64,000 nucleotides of DNA. Source: Hypanus sabinus. Lineage: Eukaryota. The position numbers were made by a program, and so were the translations under genes. The stretch spans positions 94,178,001-94,242,000 of the forward strand of contig NC_082714.1 in assembly GCF_030144855.1 (NCBI RefSeq). The letters run 5' to 3'. The notes under the pieces were generated by a model. It made no database searches, had not been told where the DNA came from, and saw only the letters and a list, made by a program, of their open reading frames with translations. Of this stretch, positions 12,595 through 26,579 are shown in pieces; positions within the stretch are counted from its first letter, which is position 1, and the number at the start of each line of letters is the position of its first letter.

Positions 12595-13000
12595 TTTATT
12601 CTTTGGAGCGTAGAAGGTTGAAAGGGATTTGGTAGAGTTGTTTAAAATTATGAGGCGGATAAATAGAGATAACGTGGCTAGGCTTTTTCCATTGAGATTA
12701 GGGAAGATTCAAACATGAGGGCATGAGTTGAGAGTTGGGGGCAAAAGTTTAAGGGTAACACGAGGGGCAATTGCTTTATTCAGAGAGTGGTAGCTGTATG
12801 GGACGAGTTTCCAGTAGAAGCGGTAGAGGCAGTTTCGGTATTGTCATTTAAAGTAATATTGGATACGTATATGGACAGGAAAGTAATGGAGGGTTATGGG
12901 CTGAGTGCGGGCCAGTGGGACTAGGTGTGAGTAAGCGTTTGGCCCGGACTAGAACAGTCGAGATGGCCTGTTTCCTTGCTATAGTTGTTATATGGTTATA
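12595..13000 (+). mobile_element. CR1-type LINE 3' end
   Basis: ctttggagcgtagaaggttg...gatggcctgtttcc...ttatatggtta; similar copies at 17880-18300 and 43740-44200. Confidence 0.8.
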
Positions 13001-15000
13001 CAATACAGGATCCTGCAGCAGTGAACTCAGTCGGGTTACTCAGAGAGGCACAATGAAATGGCAAACATCATTCACCAAAAGTGTCCTCTTGAAGTACAAA
13101 CTCGTGAAAAGTACCTCCGTTTACTATAAATACAAGCCATATCCAGTTTTAGAGCCAGTGTCCTGCAAATTGTATTACGGCAAATACTTTTTTACTGATA
13201 GGACAATTTTTGTTAACTTCCTAGATAATATATTAAAGGAAAATAAAACAAGAGCATCTTACTTAATATATACAACCAGTCGAAGCACACATAACACACA
13301 TGATTGAATAAGTGAAAAACACCAGATATATGCTGAATTAAATGAAGAAATTGAAAGTCTGAAAGTCATGAACAGCGAATTCATGTTCTGATAGTAATAT
13401 TTACAACTAGTATCATTTCATGTCACTGCACAAAGGCACTAAAGATTGAGTATACAAAACAACATGTATGCCACAATACTAAACTCCAAAACTCCACATA
13501 GAGAGTTCTGCGTTGCTTGACTATGCTCGTAGCTCAAATCGTAACGGGTTGAGCTGAGAAAAATATAGTGCTAAGATCTCAACAGGAAAAAAGAATGTCA
13601 TCATCATCGTTATTATGTGCCGTGTCCTACCTAGCCGTTATCAATAATCTTCAGAGATTGCCTGGCGTAGGTGTGTGTATAAACAAGACTCCTGATATGC
13701 ATCAGCTGCTCATACTATCACTCATAAGCTGATGACTTCACTTAACCCTTAATTCGGGCCTAAGCAGGTGCTACTACTTGCTCAAAGCTGACCTGCATGC
13801 TGGAGGTGGGAAAGATCACCTTAAATCTCCTTTGCTCGAGACGTATATCCACCCACCAACTAAAGTAAAAATGTGACAATGAGATTGAACACTATCGCTG
13901 TACCCATATTAGCTTATCCATTAGCTTAACCAAAATATCTTGGTTCAAAACCGATCTGGAAAAGTTATGAAGAAAATTAAGAACTGAAATGACTAATCTC
14001 AGAAAACAATACGAATGTTCGAACGAACTTACAGTAACACTACATTGGACAGAATGAGGAAGAGTAGTAACAGACATTAAAATACACAACAGTTAGATAT
14101 AACTCATAAGGATATAATTTCATCAACTAAAAGAGGATTCAACACCGCGCTAGCATGTGCAATACTGTTAGCATATACAAACCACTAATCTTCAAGGAAA
14201 ATACAACCCAGAAAGATGAGGAAATTGTCAGTACAGCAGAAAAGTTTAACCAATTGAAGAGCATGATCCTCCATGGAACACTTCCCACGATCCGTGCATA
14301 ATAGACGTCGACAAAGAATCGTCGAATGCCTGGCTCTAAGATGAAGACCGCTTCCCAGGAACAGAGGAAATCTTTGTGGCATAAATGCCGACTATGCCAA
14401 GAGAAAACCGGAATATTCCAACACTTTACTGGTTTCTACAGCAGCTTAACCTAGTCTTACTACCTACCCAGGCACAATCAACTGACAAACATCACTCACT
14501 AAAATCTCGCTCGAGAAACCAAACTCATAAAAGACACTGTACCTTACCATAAAAGAAAACCTAATTCAGCTTTAGAGTCGGAACCCTTCAAATTATATTA
14601 TGACCTAACAGGAGAAAATCGGGATATGCTGCAAATCAAAGTGATACACATAAAATGCTGATGAAGGGTCTCGACTGCTTACTCTTTTCCATAGGCGGTG
14701 CTCGGCCTGTTGAGTTACTCAAGCATTTTTTGTGACCGGCCCTTTATTACTGAAAGGCATTGGATGTAATGTTATCGGACAAAAAGCAAACAAGCCATTC
14801 CAAGCTCTGATAACATACAGAAAGTAATAAGTGAAAATCATAAGCTGGATGCTAAATTAAAAGAGGAAAATGAAAGTCTGTGGTACATGAACAGGGTACA
14901 CTAACCACCGCATTGAGAAGTAAGCGTGCTTGATTATGCCCGTACCTCATATTTTAGCAGCTTGAGCTGATAAAAAAATAAAAATTTATAAGATCTCAAT
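13000..15000 (+). mobile_element. R4-clade (Rex6/Dong-like) non-LTR retrotransposon fragments with a restriction-like endonuclease domain, at least two pieces
   Basis: ORF 12915-13307 LKYKLV...YYKYKPYPVLE...KLYY...TDRTI..N..D.IL matches the RLE region; 13900-14420 holds RT C-terminal and CR.C remnants. Confidence 0.7.
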
Positions 15001-15119
15001 AGTAAAACTGTCTCAACAGTAATACCTACAACTAGTTAATCCTACAGTAACTACTCAATAGGATTAACCAATTAGGCCTACATAGAAATATTTCTATAAA
15101 TCTCCAGAAAGCGACAATG

Positions 15120-16560
15120 CAAAATACCTCTAGAAAGCTTCTTTCTTTGGAGCAGTTCATCTTTGGGGCAGTTCATCTAGCCTGGATGATTTATCTTAGT
15201 CGTTTCAGCGTTTAACCTTCTCCTCTGTAATAGTAACTGCACTCACTTCTCTTCCCTACACCCTTCAACAGCTGGCACGGTGCTAGTGTCTTCCACAGTG
15301 AGGAGTGATGCAAAATACGCATTTAGTTCATCTATTATTATTTCTCCGCACTCATTTTCCCATCGGTCTTATATCAACTCTCACTTTCTTTATTTACATA
15401 CTTGGGAAAAGCTTTTACGAAACACTTTGATATAGTTTGCGAGTTTGTTTTTACATTTCATCTTTTCTCACCTAATGATGGCTTTTATTGCTCTCTATAG
15501 ATTTTTAAGAGCTGCCCAATCGTCCGTCTTCCCACAGATTTTTGCTTTGTGACATGCCCTCTCTTTTATTTTTGCATTAGCTTTGACTTCCCTTGTCATC
15601 CCAGGTTGTACTATTTTTCCAATTGACTATTTACTTATTGTTAGAATACGTCTATCCTACATCTTTCCCATTTTTCCCAGAATCTCACAACATTGATGCT
15701 CTGTCGGCATTCTTGCCAGCACCGCCTTCCAACTTACTTTGGTCAACTACTTTCTCATACCACTAAAATTTCCTCTACTCCACTGAAATAGTGTAACTTC
15801 AGACTTTCTCTATCAATTTTTAAACTGAACTCGTTCATATTCTGAACTCGGTGCAGACTCGAGGGGCCGAATGGTCTACTTCTGCACCTATTGTCTATTG
15901 TCTATATTGTGATCACTGGCTTCTAAGGTTTCTAAGGTGCCTTAAGCACCCTTATCATCCCCAGTTCATTACATAACATCCAGTTAGCTGATCCCTCAGA
16001 ATGTTCAACAACAAACCGCTCTAAAATTCATCTCGTATGCATTCCACTCTCTTGAGATCCATTACCAAAATAATTTTCCCAAACAATCTGCATGTTGAAA
16101 ACAATCACAGCTATTACTTCTGACACCTCTTTTCTATTTCCCGTTGTAATCTGTGGTCCTCATCCCAGCTACTATATAGAGATATATATATATATGAATC
16201 TATAAGGATTCAACATCTTCTGATCCTACTCTATGTCATATATTTTTACTGACTTAATGCCATTCTTTACAAGCAGAGCCACTCCACCTGCTCTGCCTAC
16301 CTTTCTATCCATCTGATACAACGGATAAGCTTGGACATTCCTCTCCCAACCACAACCATCCTTCAGCCACGATTTCAGTGATGGCCACAACATCATACAT
16401 GACGTTCTGCAATAGTGCAACAAGATCATCCATCTTATGTCTTATCTTCCGTGCATTGTGCCCAGTGACTCCGTGTGTTAGATCTGGATATTTGAATTCC
16501 ATTCACTGTATGCCTACAACTCACTCAAGGCTGCTGGCTGATTAGGTGAATATTATTTTT
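15120..16560 (-). mobile_element. CR1-type LINE APE region, decayed
   Basis: KIRHKMDDLVALL...YDVVAITE and DRKVGRAGGVALLVK (ORFs 16226-16502). Confidence 0.8.
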
Positions 16561-17344
16561 CTCAAAATAAACTTTACCCCTAAATAAAAAGTACAAGAAT
16601 AAACCTTCCAATATCTTCTCATTCTCACATTCCTAATCAATGTTTTCAGAGCTGGTCTATTACATTCCTTTAAAACCAATTGGACTGTGGGAACTTATGT
16701 GACCTACGGGGGTGGTATATTATTAAACAAGCAAGGGGCTTACTTATCCAATCCGGGCCCTCTCTCCAGCAGCGGCAGAACCCTACAGTGCTGTCCTCCC
16801 CTTCTGAGCCCTTGTGGTAACGGCTCCATTTTCAGTGTTCAGATTCATCTGTAAACTAGGTGTGATCTACGCGAGGAAACCATGGATTAAATTTTTAAAT
16901 GTTTGTAGATTTATGTATTTTTCAGTAAATTTTAAAGCCACATTTGGCGAGAGGGCATTCGACCTCGTGTCGTCCTGGTAGCGGCCTGGCCTGGTGGCTC
17001 TCCGGAACAGATCTAATCACGTGGCACTATCTTAGTTTCATCTGATCATCTGGAGCACTCCTTCGATAGCCTGCTCCAATCATTGCCATCCCGCTGCCAT
17101 CAGGATGACTGCATGTTCCCACCTCTGAAACCATCAGACCTAGCGCCACGCCCCTTCTGACAAACTTCAACCACCCCCTGCCCTCATACCTCCTGACAGC
17201 TGTCACTACAAGATTCTTACCTCTTCTTTCTCTTGGGGAAAATTTTCGACAGTAGTAGGTTACTAACGGCGAAATCCGTCATGGATATTTTAAATAAGTT
17301 CTTTCTCAGAGAAAGAGAACACATTGCACACGCAGAGTCAGTTC

Positions 17345-17800
17345 CATAGAAACAGTGTAGCATAGAAAAACTAAAGCACAATACAGGCCCTTCGGCCTAC
17401 AATACCCCTCGTCATCTTATACACCTTTATCAGTTTACCTCTCATGCTCCGTCGCTCCAAAGCGAAAAGGCCAAGTTCACTCAACGTATTCTCGTAAGGC
17501 ATGCTCCCCAATCCAGGCAACATCCTTGTAAATCTCCTCTGCACTCTGTCTATAGTATCAATATCATTCCTGCAGTGAGGGGACCAGAACAGAGCACAAT
17601 TCTCCAAGTGGAGTCTCACCAGGGTCCTATACAGCTGTAACATTACCTTTCGGCTCTTAAACTCAATCCCACTTTTGATGAAAGCTAATGCACCGTATGC
17701 CGTCTTGACCAGAGAGTCAAACTGCACAGCGGCTTAAGTGTTCTGTGAACTCGGACCGCAAGATCCTTCTGATCCTCCACACCGATAAGAGTTTTGCCAT
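17345..17800 (-). mobile_element. CR1-type LINE RT C-terminus
   Basis: ORF 17371-17727 MLQLYRTLVRLHLENCALFWSPH...RVQRRFTRMLPG. Confidence 0.85.
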
Positions 17801-18300
17801 TAACAGACAGAGTACAGAAAAAAAATTACTAGAATGTTACCTGAGCTTCACCACCTAAGTTTCAGAGAAAGGTTGAACAAGCTAGGTCTTTATTCTTTGG
17901 ACATAGAAGTTTGGGGGGGGGGGGGACTTGATAAAGGCATTTAAAATTATGAGGGGGATACATAGAGTTGACGTGGATAGGCTTTTTTTCCATTGAAAGT
18001 AGGAGAGATTCAAAGAAGAGGACATGAGTTCAGAGCTGGGGGCAAAACTTTAGGAGAAACACGAGGGGAGATTTAATTACACAGAGAGTGGTAGCTGTGT
18101 GGAACAAGCTTCTAGTAGAAATGGTGGAGGCAGGTTCGATATTGTGATTTAAAGTAAAATTGGATAGCTATATGGACAGGAAAGCAAAGGAGGGTTATGG
18201 GCTCCGTGCAGGTCGGTGGTATTAGATGAGAGTAAGCGTTTGGCACGGACTAGAAGGGCCGAGACGGCCTGTTTCCGTGCTGTAATTGTTATATGACTTT
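17800..18300 (+). mobile_element. CR1-type LINE 3' end
   Basis: Homologous to 12595-13000 and 43720-44200. Confidence 0.8.
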
Positions 18301-18329
18301 ACGGTTATTAATACTATATTCGGCCATCA

Positions 18330-21300
18330 TATTTGACCGACTAAAATGAAGCACCTCACATTTATGGGGGGAGTGAACTCCATTTGCCATTTCTCAACCT
18401 AGTTTTGCATGGTATTGATGTCCCGCTGTAAGCAATGACAGTCCTCTACACGAACTACAGCACCCACAGTCTGTGTCATCAACAAATTTTGTAACCCATC
18501 CCTCCTCTTCATCATGCAGATCAGTTATAAAATTCACGACGAGAAGGGGTCCCAGAACAAATCCCTGTGGCACAGCACTGGGCAACGATCTTCATGCAGA
18601 ATGTGACCCGTGTATAACCAGTCTTTGCCCTGTGTTGTCAAATCAGTTCCGGATCCACAAAGCAATGACGCCTCGGATCCGATGCCTCGTTAAATTCTCA
18701 ATATGTCTTGCATGGAGTACCTAAGGTAATGTTTTGCTGAAATCCATATACACTACATCTACTGCTCTACCTTCAACAACGTGTATGGTCACATACTCAA
18801 AAAATTCATTTAGGCTCCAGGTAAAGTATTCATTAAGTAACTCAGCTATCTCCTCCCGTTCCACACACACTTTTCAACTGGCACACTTAATTAGTCCTTT
18901 TCTCTCACGACTATATCCGCTTGCTCGTCACATACTTGCAGCATGCCTTGGAGTTTTACTTCATTCTGCCTACCAGGGTCTTCTCACGGCCCCTTCTGGC
19001 TCTCCTAATTTCCTTCTTAAGCTCCTTCCTAGTAGCCTTATAATCTTCTAGATCTCTAACATTACCTACCTCTGCGAAACTTTTTTAAGCTTTTCTTTTA
19101 TTCTTGATTTTCTACAGCACGGTTCCTGTACCCTGATTCACAACTTCCCTGATTCACTGGAACATAACTATACAGAACACTACACAATTATCACCTGAAT
19201 ATTTGCCACATTTCTTCGCTAGATATCCCTGAGAACATCTGTTTCCAAGTTAAACCTCCAATTTTGTGCCTGATTGCCTCAATACTCTTCTTACTCCAGT
19301 TAAATTCTTTTCTAACTTCTCTGTTCCCATCCGTCTCTAATTCTGTGGTAAACAGATAAAATTTTGAACACTATCTCGAAAATGCTCTCCTACTGAGAGA
19401 TCTGACACTTGACTAGGTTCCTTTCCCAATACCAAATCAAGTACAGCTCTCTTCTTGTAGGCTTATTTACAAACGTTAGTACATACTGTGTCAAGAAACC
19501 TTCTTGAACACACCGAACAAACTCCACTCCAACTAAACCCCCGGTCTAGGGAGATGCCAATCGATATTTAGGAAATCCAGATCGCCCATCACGACAACTC
19601 TGTTATTATTTCACCTTTCCAGGATCTGTTCCCCTATCTGCTCTTCGACGTTTCTGTTACTGTTAGGCGGCCTCAAAAAATCTCCCAATAAAGTGATTAT
19701 TTTTCCTAACCTCTACACACAGAGACTCTGTAAACAATCCCTCCATGGCGTCCATCTTTTCTGCAGCCGTGACACTAACTCTATTCAACCGAGCCACAAC
19801 CTCACCTCTTTTGCCTCCCTCCCTCTGCTTTCAGAAACATCTAAAATCCGGCACCTGAAGTAACCATTCCCGTCTCTGAGCCATCCAAGTCTCGTAAAGG
19901 CAACCACATCAGATCTCCAAGTACTGATCCATGCTCTAAGCTTATCTACACGACTTGCGTTAAAATGTACACTTCTCAAGCCGTTGGTCTGATCTGGTCC
20001 CTTCTCTATCACATGCTTATCCTCCCTCACACACTGTTTCCAAGCTTTCTCTAGTTGTGAACCAACCGCCTCTTCCTCAGTCTCTTCATTTCGGTTCCCA
20101 CTCTCCAACAGTTTATACTCTCCCTATTTGCCTTAGCAAACCTCCCCGCCAGGTTATTGGTTTCCCTGGCATTCAAGTCCATCCCGTCCGTTTGTTTCAG
20201 GGCACACCTGCCCTGAAAGATGTCCCAATGATCTAGAAATCTGAATCCACGCCCCTGCCACAATCTCTCAGCTTCACATATACCTCCAACTCATCTTATT
20301 CATATTCTCACTGTCGCGTGGCACAGGCATTAAAACCCAGATTACTACCTTTGCGGTCCTGCTTCTCAACTTCCTTCCTCTGTCCCTGTAATCTTTTTTC
20401 AGGACCTCTTCCCTTTTCCTACCTATGCCATTGGTACTAGTATGTACCATGACCTCTGGCTGTTCTCCCTCCCACCGCAGGATATCTTGGACGCGACCCG
20501 AAAAATCCCGGACCTTGACACCAGGGAGGCAAACTACCATCCGAGTTTCTTTCCTGCGTCCGCAGAATCGCCTGTCTGACCCCATAATTTTAGAGTTCCC
20601 TATCACTACTGCCTTCCTCTTCCGTTCCCTACCCTACTGAGCTGCAGGGCCAGACTCTGTGCCAGAGGGCCGGCCACTGACGCTTTCCCCAAGTAGGCTG
20701 TCTCCCCTCCCCGCTATCTGCTCAAACAGCAGTACTTGTTGTCAAGTGGTGCAGCCACAGGGGTAATCTCTAGTACCTAACTCTTCCCCTTCCCGTCCCC
20801 ACGACTGACACACTTGTCTGTCTCCTGTGGCCCAGGTGTGACCACCTGCCTGTATCTCCACTCTATCACTTCCTCGCTGTCCATGACTTGGCGAAGGTCA
20901 TCGAGCTGCTTTTCCAGTTTCGTAACACGGTCTCTTAGGAGCTGCAGCAAGAGACACCTGGTGCAGATATGGCCGTCTGGGAGGGTTGAGTGACGCCAGG
21001 ACCCCTCACATCCGACACTGAGGACAGACATTTGGCCTAGCACACATACCTCCTACTTTGCCTCGCCTCGTTACCGCCTAAGCCTGCTGAGCCAACGCCC
21101 TATCAAATTCTGCTGCCTCTCACTACTCTGGATGTGGCGGCCTTCTTTTTAAGCCTTTCGCGTTCTGCTGGCTGACGTCACACGCCTGCGCAGTCGCGCG
21201 TCTCTTTAACCCGAGTGGAAAAAAAAAGTCCCTTGCTCCAAAAAAATCGCCAGTTCACTCGCTGCCGTCTTGCTCTGAATTAAAAAAAAACACGTTGAAC
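18330..21300 (-). mobile_element. Internally deleted CR1-type LINE from 5' UTR to RT (zinc-finger/esterase ORF1, APE, RT pieces)
   Basis: HICTRCLLLQLLRDRV, IMGSDRRFCG...RMVVCLPG, VPQGFVLGPLL...KFVDDT; GC-rich 5' end with tgacgtca at 21173-21180. Confidence 0.8.
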
Positions 21301-21309
21301 ATTCCTTGC

Positions 21310-23740
21310 CTTTTTAAACCTTTCGCGTTTTGGCCCCTTTCCGTTTCTAACTTGCACCTACAGAGACTCAGTGGGCAATGACTCCATGATTTCCTCATTT
21401 TCTGTAGTCGTGACACTATCTCTGATCAACAGTGCCACATCTCTACCTCTTTTGCCCCCCACCCTGTCGTTTCTGAAACAACTTATGCCTGGCACTCTAA
21501 TTGACCGTTCATACCCCTGAGCATTCCAAGTCTCTGTAAAGACCAAAACATCATCGCTCCAAGTACTGATCCACGCTCTAAGCTCATCGATTTTGTTCAT
21601 GATGCTTCTTGCATTAAAATAGTCACATCTCGAACCATCGGTCTTAAAGTATCTCTTCTCTATCTCCTGCCTATCGTCCCTCTAGCACTGTCTCCAAACT
21701 TTCTCAGATTTTGAGCCAATCGGCTCTACTTCCTTCTTCACTGTTCGGTTTCCAACCCCCAGCAATTCTAGTTTAAACTCTCCCCAAGATCAAACCTTCC
21801 TGCCAGGTTATGGATCCCTCTCGGAATGAAGTGCATCCCGTCATTTTATGTAGGTCACGCCTGTCCCAACTGAGACCAGACTCCGTGTCAGAGGCGCGGC
21901 CACTGTTGTTTTCCCCAGGTAGTCCGTCCACCACAACCACCCCCTCCCCAAACAGTACGCAAATAAGAATACTTATTGCTAAGGGGGGCAGCCACAGGGG
22001 CCCCCTCTAGTATCTGAGTCTAATTGTGAGCCAATCACCTCTTCCTCCTTCTTTACTGTTACGTCCCTAACCCCCCAGCAATTCTAGTTTAAACACTCTC
22101 CAAGAGCAAACATCCCTGTCAGGATATTGATCCCTCTGGGAATCAAGTGCATCCCGACCTTTTTGTACACATCACGCCTGTCCTAAACGATGTTCCAATG
22201 ATCCGAAATTCGGTGTCCCTGACTCCTGCTCCAATCCCTCAGCCACGATTTTATCCACCACCCCACTCTATTCCTGTACTTACTGTCGCTTGGCAAAAAC
22301 ATTAAGCCCGAGACGACTGCCTTTGAGGTCTTGCTTCTCAACTTCCTTCTTATCTCCCTGTAGTCTAATTTCAAGGCCTCCTCCCTTTTCCTACCTATGT
22401 TGCAGGTACCAATATGTAGCATGACCTCTGGCCGTTCAGCTTCCAACTTCAGCAAATCGTGGGCGCGATCAGAAATATCTCAGGCTCTGGCCCTTAGAGA
22501 ACCATCCGTGTTTCTTTCCTGCGTCCACAGAATTGCCTGTGTGATCTCCTAGCTACACAACACCCTATTACTGCTGCCTTCTTCCTTTCCGTACCTTTCT
22601 CAGGCACAGGACCAGAATATGTGCCAGAGCCGTGGCCACTGTTGCTTTCCCCAGGTAGGCTTTACACCCCTCCCCCCACAGTTTCTTTCTCGCGCTGATA
22701 GATACCGTCCCTCTAGCACTGTCTCCAAGCTTTCTCTGATTGTGAGCCAATCGCCTCTACTTCCTTCTTCACTGTTCGGTTCCCAAACTCGAGCAATTCT
22801 AGTTTAAACTCTCCCCAAGAGCAAACCTTCCTGCCAGGATATTGATCCCTCTGGTAATGAAGTACAACCCGTCTTTTTTTTGTAGAGGTCACGCCTGTCC
22901 CAACTGAGACCAGACTCTGTGCCAGAGGCGTTGCCACTGTTGCTTTCCCCAGGTAGGCCGTCCACACCCCCTCCCCCCCCCCCCCCACATACACACGGCA
23001 CAAACAGTACGCAAATATGAATACTTATTGTTCAGGAGGACAGCCACAGGGGCACCCTCTAATATCTGACTCCAATTGTGAGCTAATCGCCTTCTTTACT
23101 GTTCGGTCCCTAACCCCCAGCAATTCTAGTTTAAACTCTCCCAAATAGCAAACCTTTCTGTAAGGATATTGATCCTTCTGGGAATCAAGTGCATCCCATG
23201 TCTTTGTACACATCACGCCTGTCATAAACGAGGTCCCAATGATCCAGAAATCAGAATCCCTGCCCCCTGCTCCAATCCCTCAGCCACGAATTTATCCTCC
23301 ACCTCACTCTATTCCTGTACTTACTGTCGCTTTGCACAGAAGCTCGAGACGACTGCCTTTGAGGTCCTGCTTCTCAAATTCCTTCTTATCTCCCTGTAGT
23401 CAGATTTCAAGGCCTCATCCCTTTTCCTACCTATGTTGCAGGTAGCAAAATGTAGCGCGACCTCTGGCCGTTCAACTTCCAACTTCGGGATATTGCGGAC
23501 GCGATCACGATTATCTCGGACTCTGGCCCCTGGGAGGCAAACACCATCCGTGTTTCTTTCCTTCGTCCACATAATTGCCTGCCTGACCTCCTAGCTACAG
23601 AGTCCCCAATTACTGCTGCCTTCTTCCTTTCGTTATATTTCTGAGGCACAGGACCAGACTCTGCGCTAGAGGCGCGACTACTTTTGCTTTCCCCAGGTAG
23701 GCCGTACAGCTCCCTCCCCCCAGTTTCTTTCTCGCGCTAA
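21310..23740 (-). repeat. Tandem array of CR1 ORF1/APE 5' fragments (two units of about 1.03 kb, each a short plus a long piece)
   Basis: gcaattctagtttaaac.ctc recurs at about 21761, 22077, 22792 and 23080; ERPEVMLH...NIGRKR recurs in ORFs 22183-22455 and 23321-23572. Confidence 0.75.
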
Positions 23741-24559
23741 TAGTTACCGAAGTAAGACGGTTCCGTTGAATCGTACATTCAGTGAAACGGTTTGGAAAGA
23801 GTTCAGCGGGTTCTCACAAGTATGCAGAACGGGGAATCCCATCCTCCGGGACAGGACTATTCGTCCCGCGGGGATCGCGGCGTTTCCTGGTGCCTGTTGA
23901 GAACGGCTTTACGGATCAAAGTAGCCAAATACACGCTTACCGCGTCTGTGTCACTGGGACTCAGTCGCCGCATTCTGGAAGAGGGTTGAGTGGGTAAAAT
24001 GGAAAATACGGGCACCCTTGTTTTCCAAGAAGCTGCCAGAAAAGGAGGCAGCCGCTTGCAGGGCCAGTGTCCCTCCTCCAGACAAGCCGGTGCAAAAGAA
24101 AAATCTTGACTGCCGCGGCTTCAGGGAACAACGAACACTTATTTAGAAATCCAGTCGATAGAATTTTAAAGGGCCCCTCCACTCTGTCTGAATTCCATCC
24201 CGATTCAACAGTTACGTATTGCCACTCCGGCAAAACTCCCCTTCCAAATAAAGGGGCAGGGTCATCATTCAACCGGTCTCTCATACGACTGTGGATGGTC
24301 TACCGCAAAGGGACAACGAACCATCACAATCTCCTAGCTAGCGATTGAAGAGAGATCCAAGGCAACTTACAAAGGAACTGAAGGAACTTATCTCGTCAGG
24401 TCTTACCGTTAAAGGGAAGTGGACACTGGACATTTCGTGTCAATACCCTTAATCTATGCTTGTAGTGAAGACAGGTTGTCCACGAAATATACAGCCCCCA
24501 GTTTCCGACGTTAACATGATGTTATTAAACTAAATAAAGGTGTTATTAACACATTGGCA

Positions 24560-25570
24560 TCAGTATTAGCTTATCATTGTGACATGTACCAAAGTAGAGT
24601 GAAAAACCTGTCTAGGATGCCGCTCAGAGAGATGAAATCATTACACAATGCAATAAGGTAGTGCAAAATAATTACAATGCAGAATAAAGTGCAACATCTA
24701 CAGAGAAAATGTAGTGCGGGTAAACAATGAATTGCAAATAATATCCAGGTAGATTGTAAAAACAGAATTCCATCCATACAAGAGGTCTGGCCAAGAGTCT
24801 CATAACAGTGGAAAGAAGCTGCCCTTGGGCCCGGTGGTACGTGCCTTCATGGCTTTTGTATTTCTGCCCGTTGGGATAACAAAGAAGAGAGAATGTCCAT
24901 GGTGGGTGGGGTCTTTCATTATGGTTTTCTGAGGCTGTTTCCGTGGTATGCTGAGCTCTGTTCACAATTCTCTGCAGTCACTCTTGGCTCTGGTTATAGA
25001 GTCCGCCATAGACCTGTTTCGGCAGTAGGTGAATTGCAGCGGGTGGTGTTAGTCCAGAAAGCTTGAAGTGGATGCGTGCCATGAAGAAGCTGTCGGAAAT
25101 TTTCATGATGCTGGATGTCAAAGCCACAGTGTGGTGCTCTTTAAGGTACGTCATTTTGTTTCTCTTAAGTACTGGAATGATAGTGGTCTACTTAAATGAG
25201 GGAGGAACTAAACCTTAATGCAGGGAAAGGTTGAATATTGCTGTCATTTGATCCGCATAGAATCTAACGTCATGACCAAAGACCCAATCCAGGTCCAATG
25301 CTATCGGAATGAACTGGAAAGAGCTCAAAAGAATGTTGCATTGACTTGTGGGCTGGAGTAGCAAGGGAAAGTTGAGGAGACTAGGACTATTCTCTGGAAT
25401 GTTAGTGATAGAAAAGTGACGGGACAGGCACATAAGATCATTAGCGTGCGAAGGCAAGGCGAAAACACGTCGTCTTTTATCCAGGGATCGGGCGCCAAGA
25501 ACAAGAGGACATAGATTTAAGATCAGATGCGAGATAAATAAAAGAAAATCAGGGACTGCTTTTTCAAGCA
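24560..25570 (-). mobile_element. Rex1/Babar-clade LINE fragments
   Basis: Reverse strand gives TTIIPVLKR...VALTSSIMK and the YADQMTAIFNLSL region; 3' HKSHEGTYHR...FPLLM-like tail. Confidence 0.7.
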
Positions 25571-26214
25571 AATAATGGTGCTACTATAAAGCAGTTGCCA
25601 GGCACCGTGGCCGATGCACGTACGTTAACAACATTTAAAGCCATCTCGAAAAATAGAAGGATTGGAAAGTGTTGGAGCTCTGTGGCCAAAATCGGTCAGA
25701 TGGGATGGACGTTGGGCCGCTTCGAGCGCTGTAGGAGTCTCCAATATCACTACTGCTTCTGAGAAGCAGACAGAAATGTTTCTGGTGACTGAGTCCCAGT
25801 AAACAAAGATACATTTAATAAATCAGAACATAGGTAAAACAATAGAGGAACATGTCCTTCAGCTCACAATGTCTTTCGCAGAACACAGATACAAATTAGA
25901 CTAATTCTCCTTTGCTTGAACATGATCTATGTCCTGTTATATTCATATTTTGTCTAACAGACTCTTAAAAGCCACTGTCATAAACTCAACAAGGTTCTGG
26001 AGTTGCTGGGAATCCAGAGAAAAACACACAAAATACTGGCGAGACAGCATCTGTGGAAAGGAATAATGAAAAATAATGACCGTTGACTGTTTGTTCTCCT
26101 CCAAAATGCTGCCTGGTTTGCTGAGTTCTTCCGGCATTTTGTGTGTGCTTCTCTTACACTCCACGGTCGGATCTGCATCCAGTACCTCTTCTGGTATCCC
26201 GTTCTAGGCTTCCA

Positions 26215-26560
26215 TCAATCTCTGTAAAAGATCTTGTCCTGCGTATCTCCTTTAAACTTCCACCCTCTCAACTTGAATGCAAATACTTTAGCTTTAGACA
26301 TGGCCTTCGTGCGTCGCATCATATCTGAACCTTTGAATGGGTCGTCTCTCACTCTCCGATATTCCTGAGTAAACAAACAAATATGTCCAACCTCTCCATG
26401 TAGCTCACCCAGGTAGAATGCTGGAAAACTTTTTCTTACCATTACCATAGGATCCGCATCCTGCCTGTAATGGGGCGCCCAGCACTGCGCACAATATTCC
26501 AAATGCGGCCTCACCAAAAATTTTATCGGCTGCAACATGACACCTCAAGTCTTATTCTCA
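26215..26560 (-). mobile_element. CR1-type RT C-terminal fragment
   Basis: ORF 26215-26538 MLQPIKFLVRPHLEYCAQCWAPHY. Confidence 0.8.
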
Positions 26561-26579
26561 ATGCTCTGATCAGTAAAGG

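Noticed and set aside
15293-15330. cacagtg heptamer as an RSS (also at about 57764)
   Set aside because: No ACAAAAACC-like nonamer at 12 or 23 bp spacing, and both lie in or beside LINE sequence.
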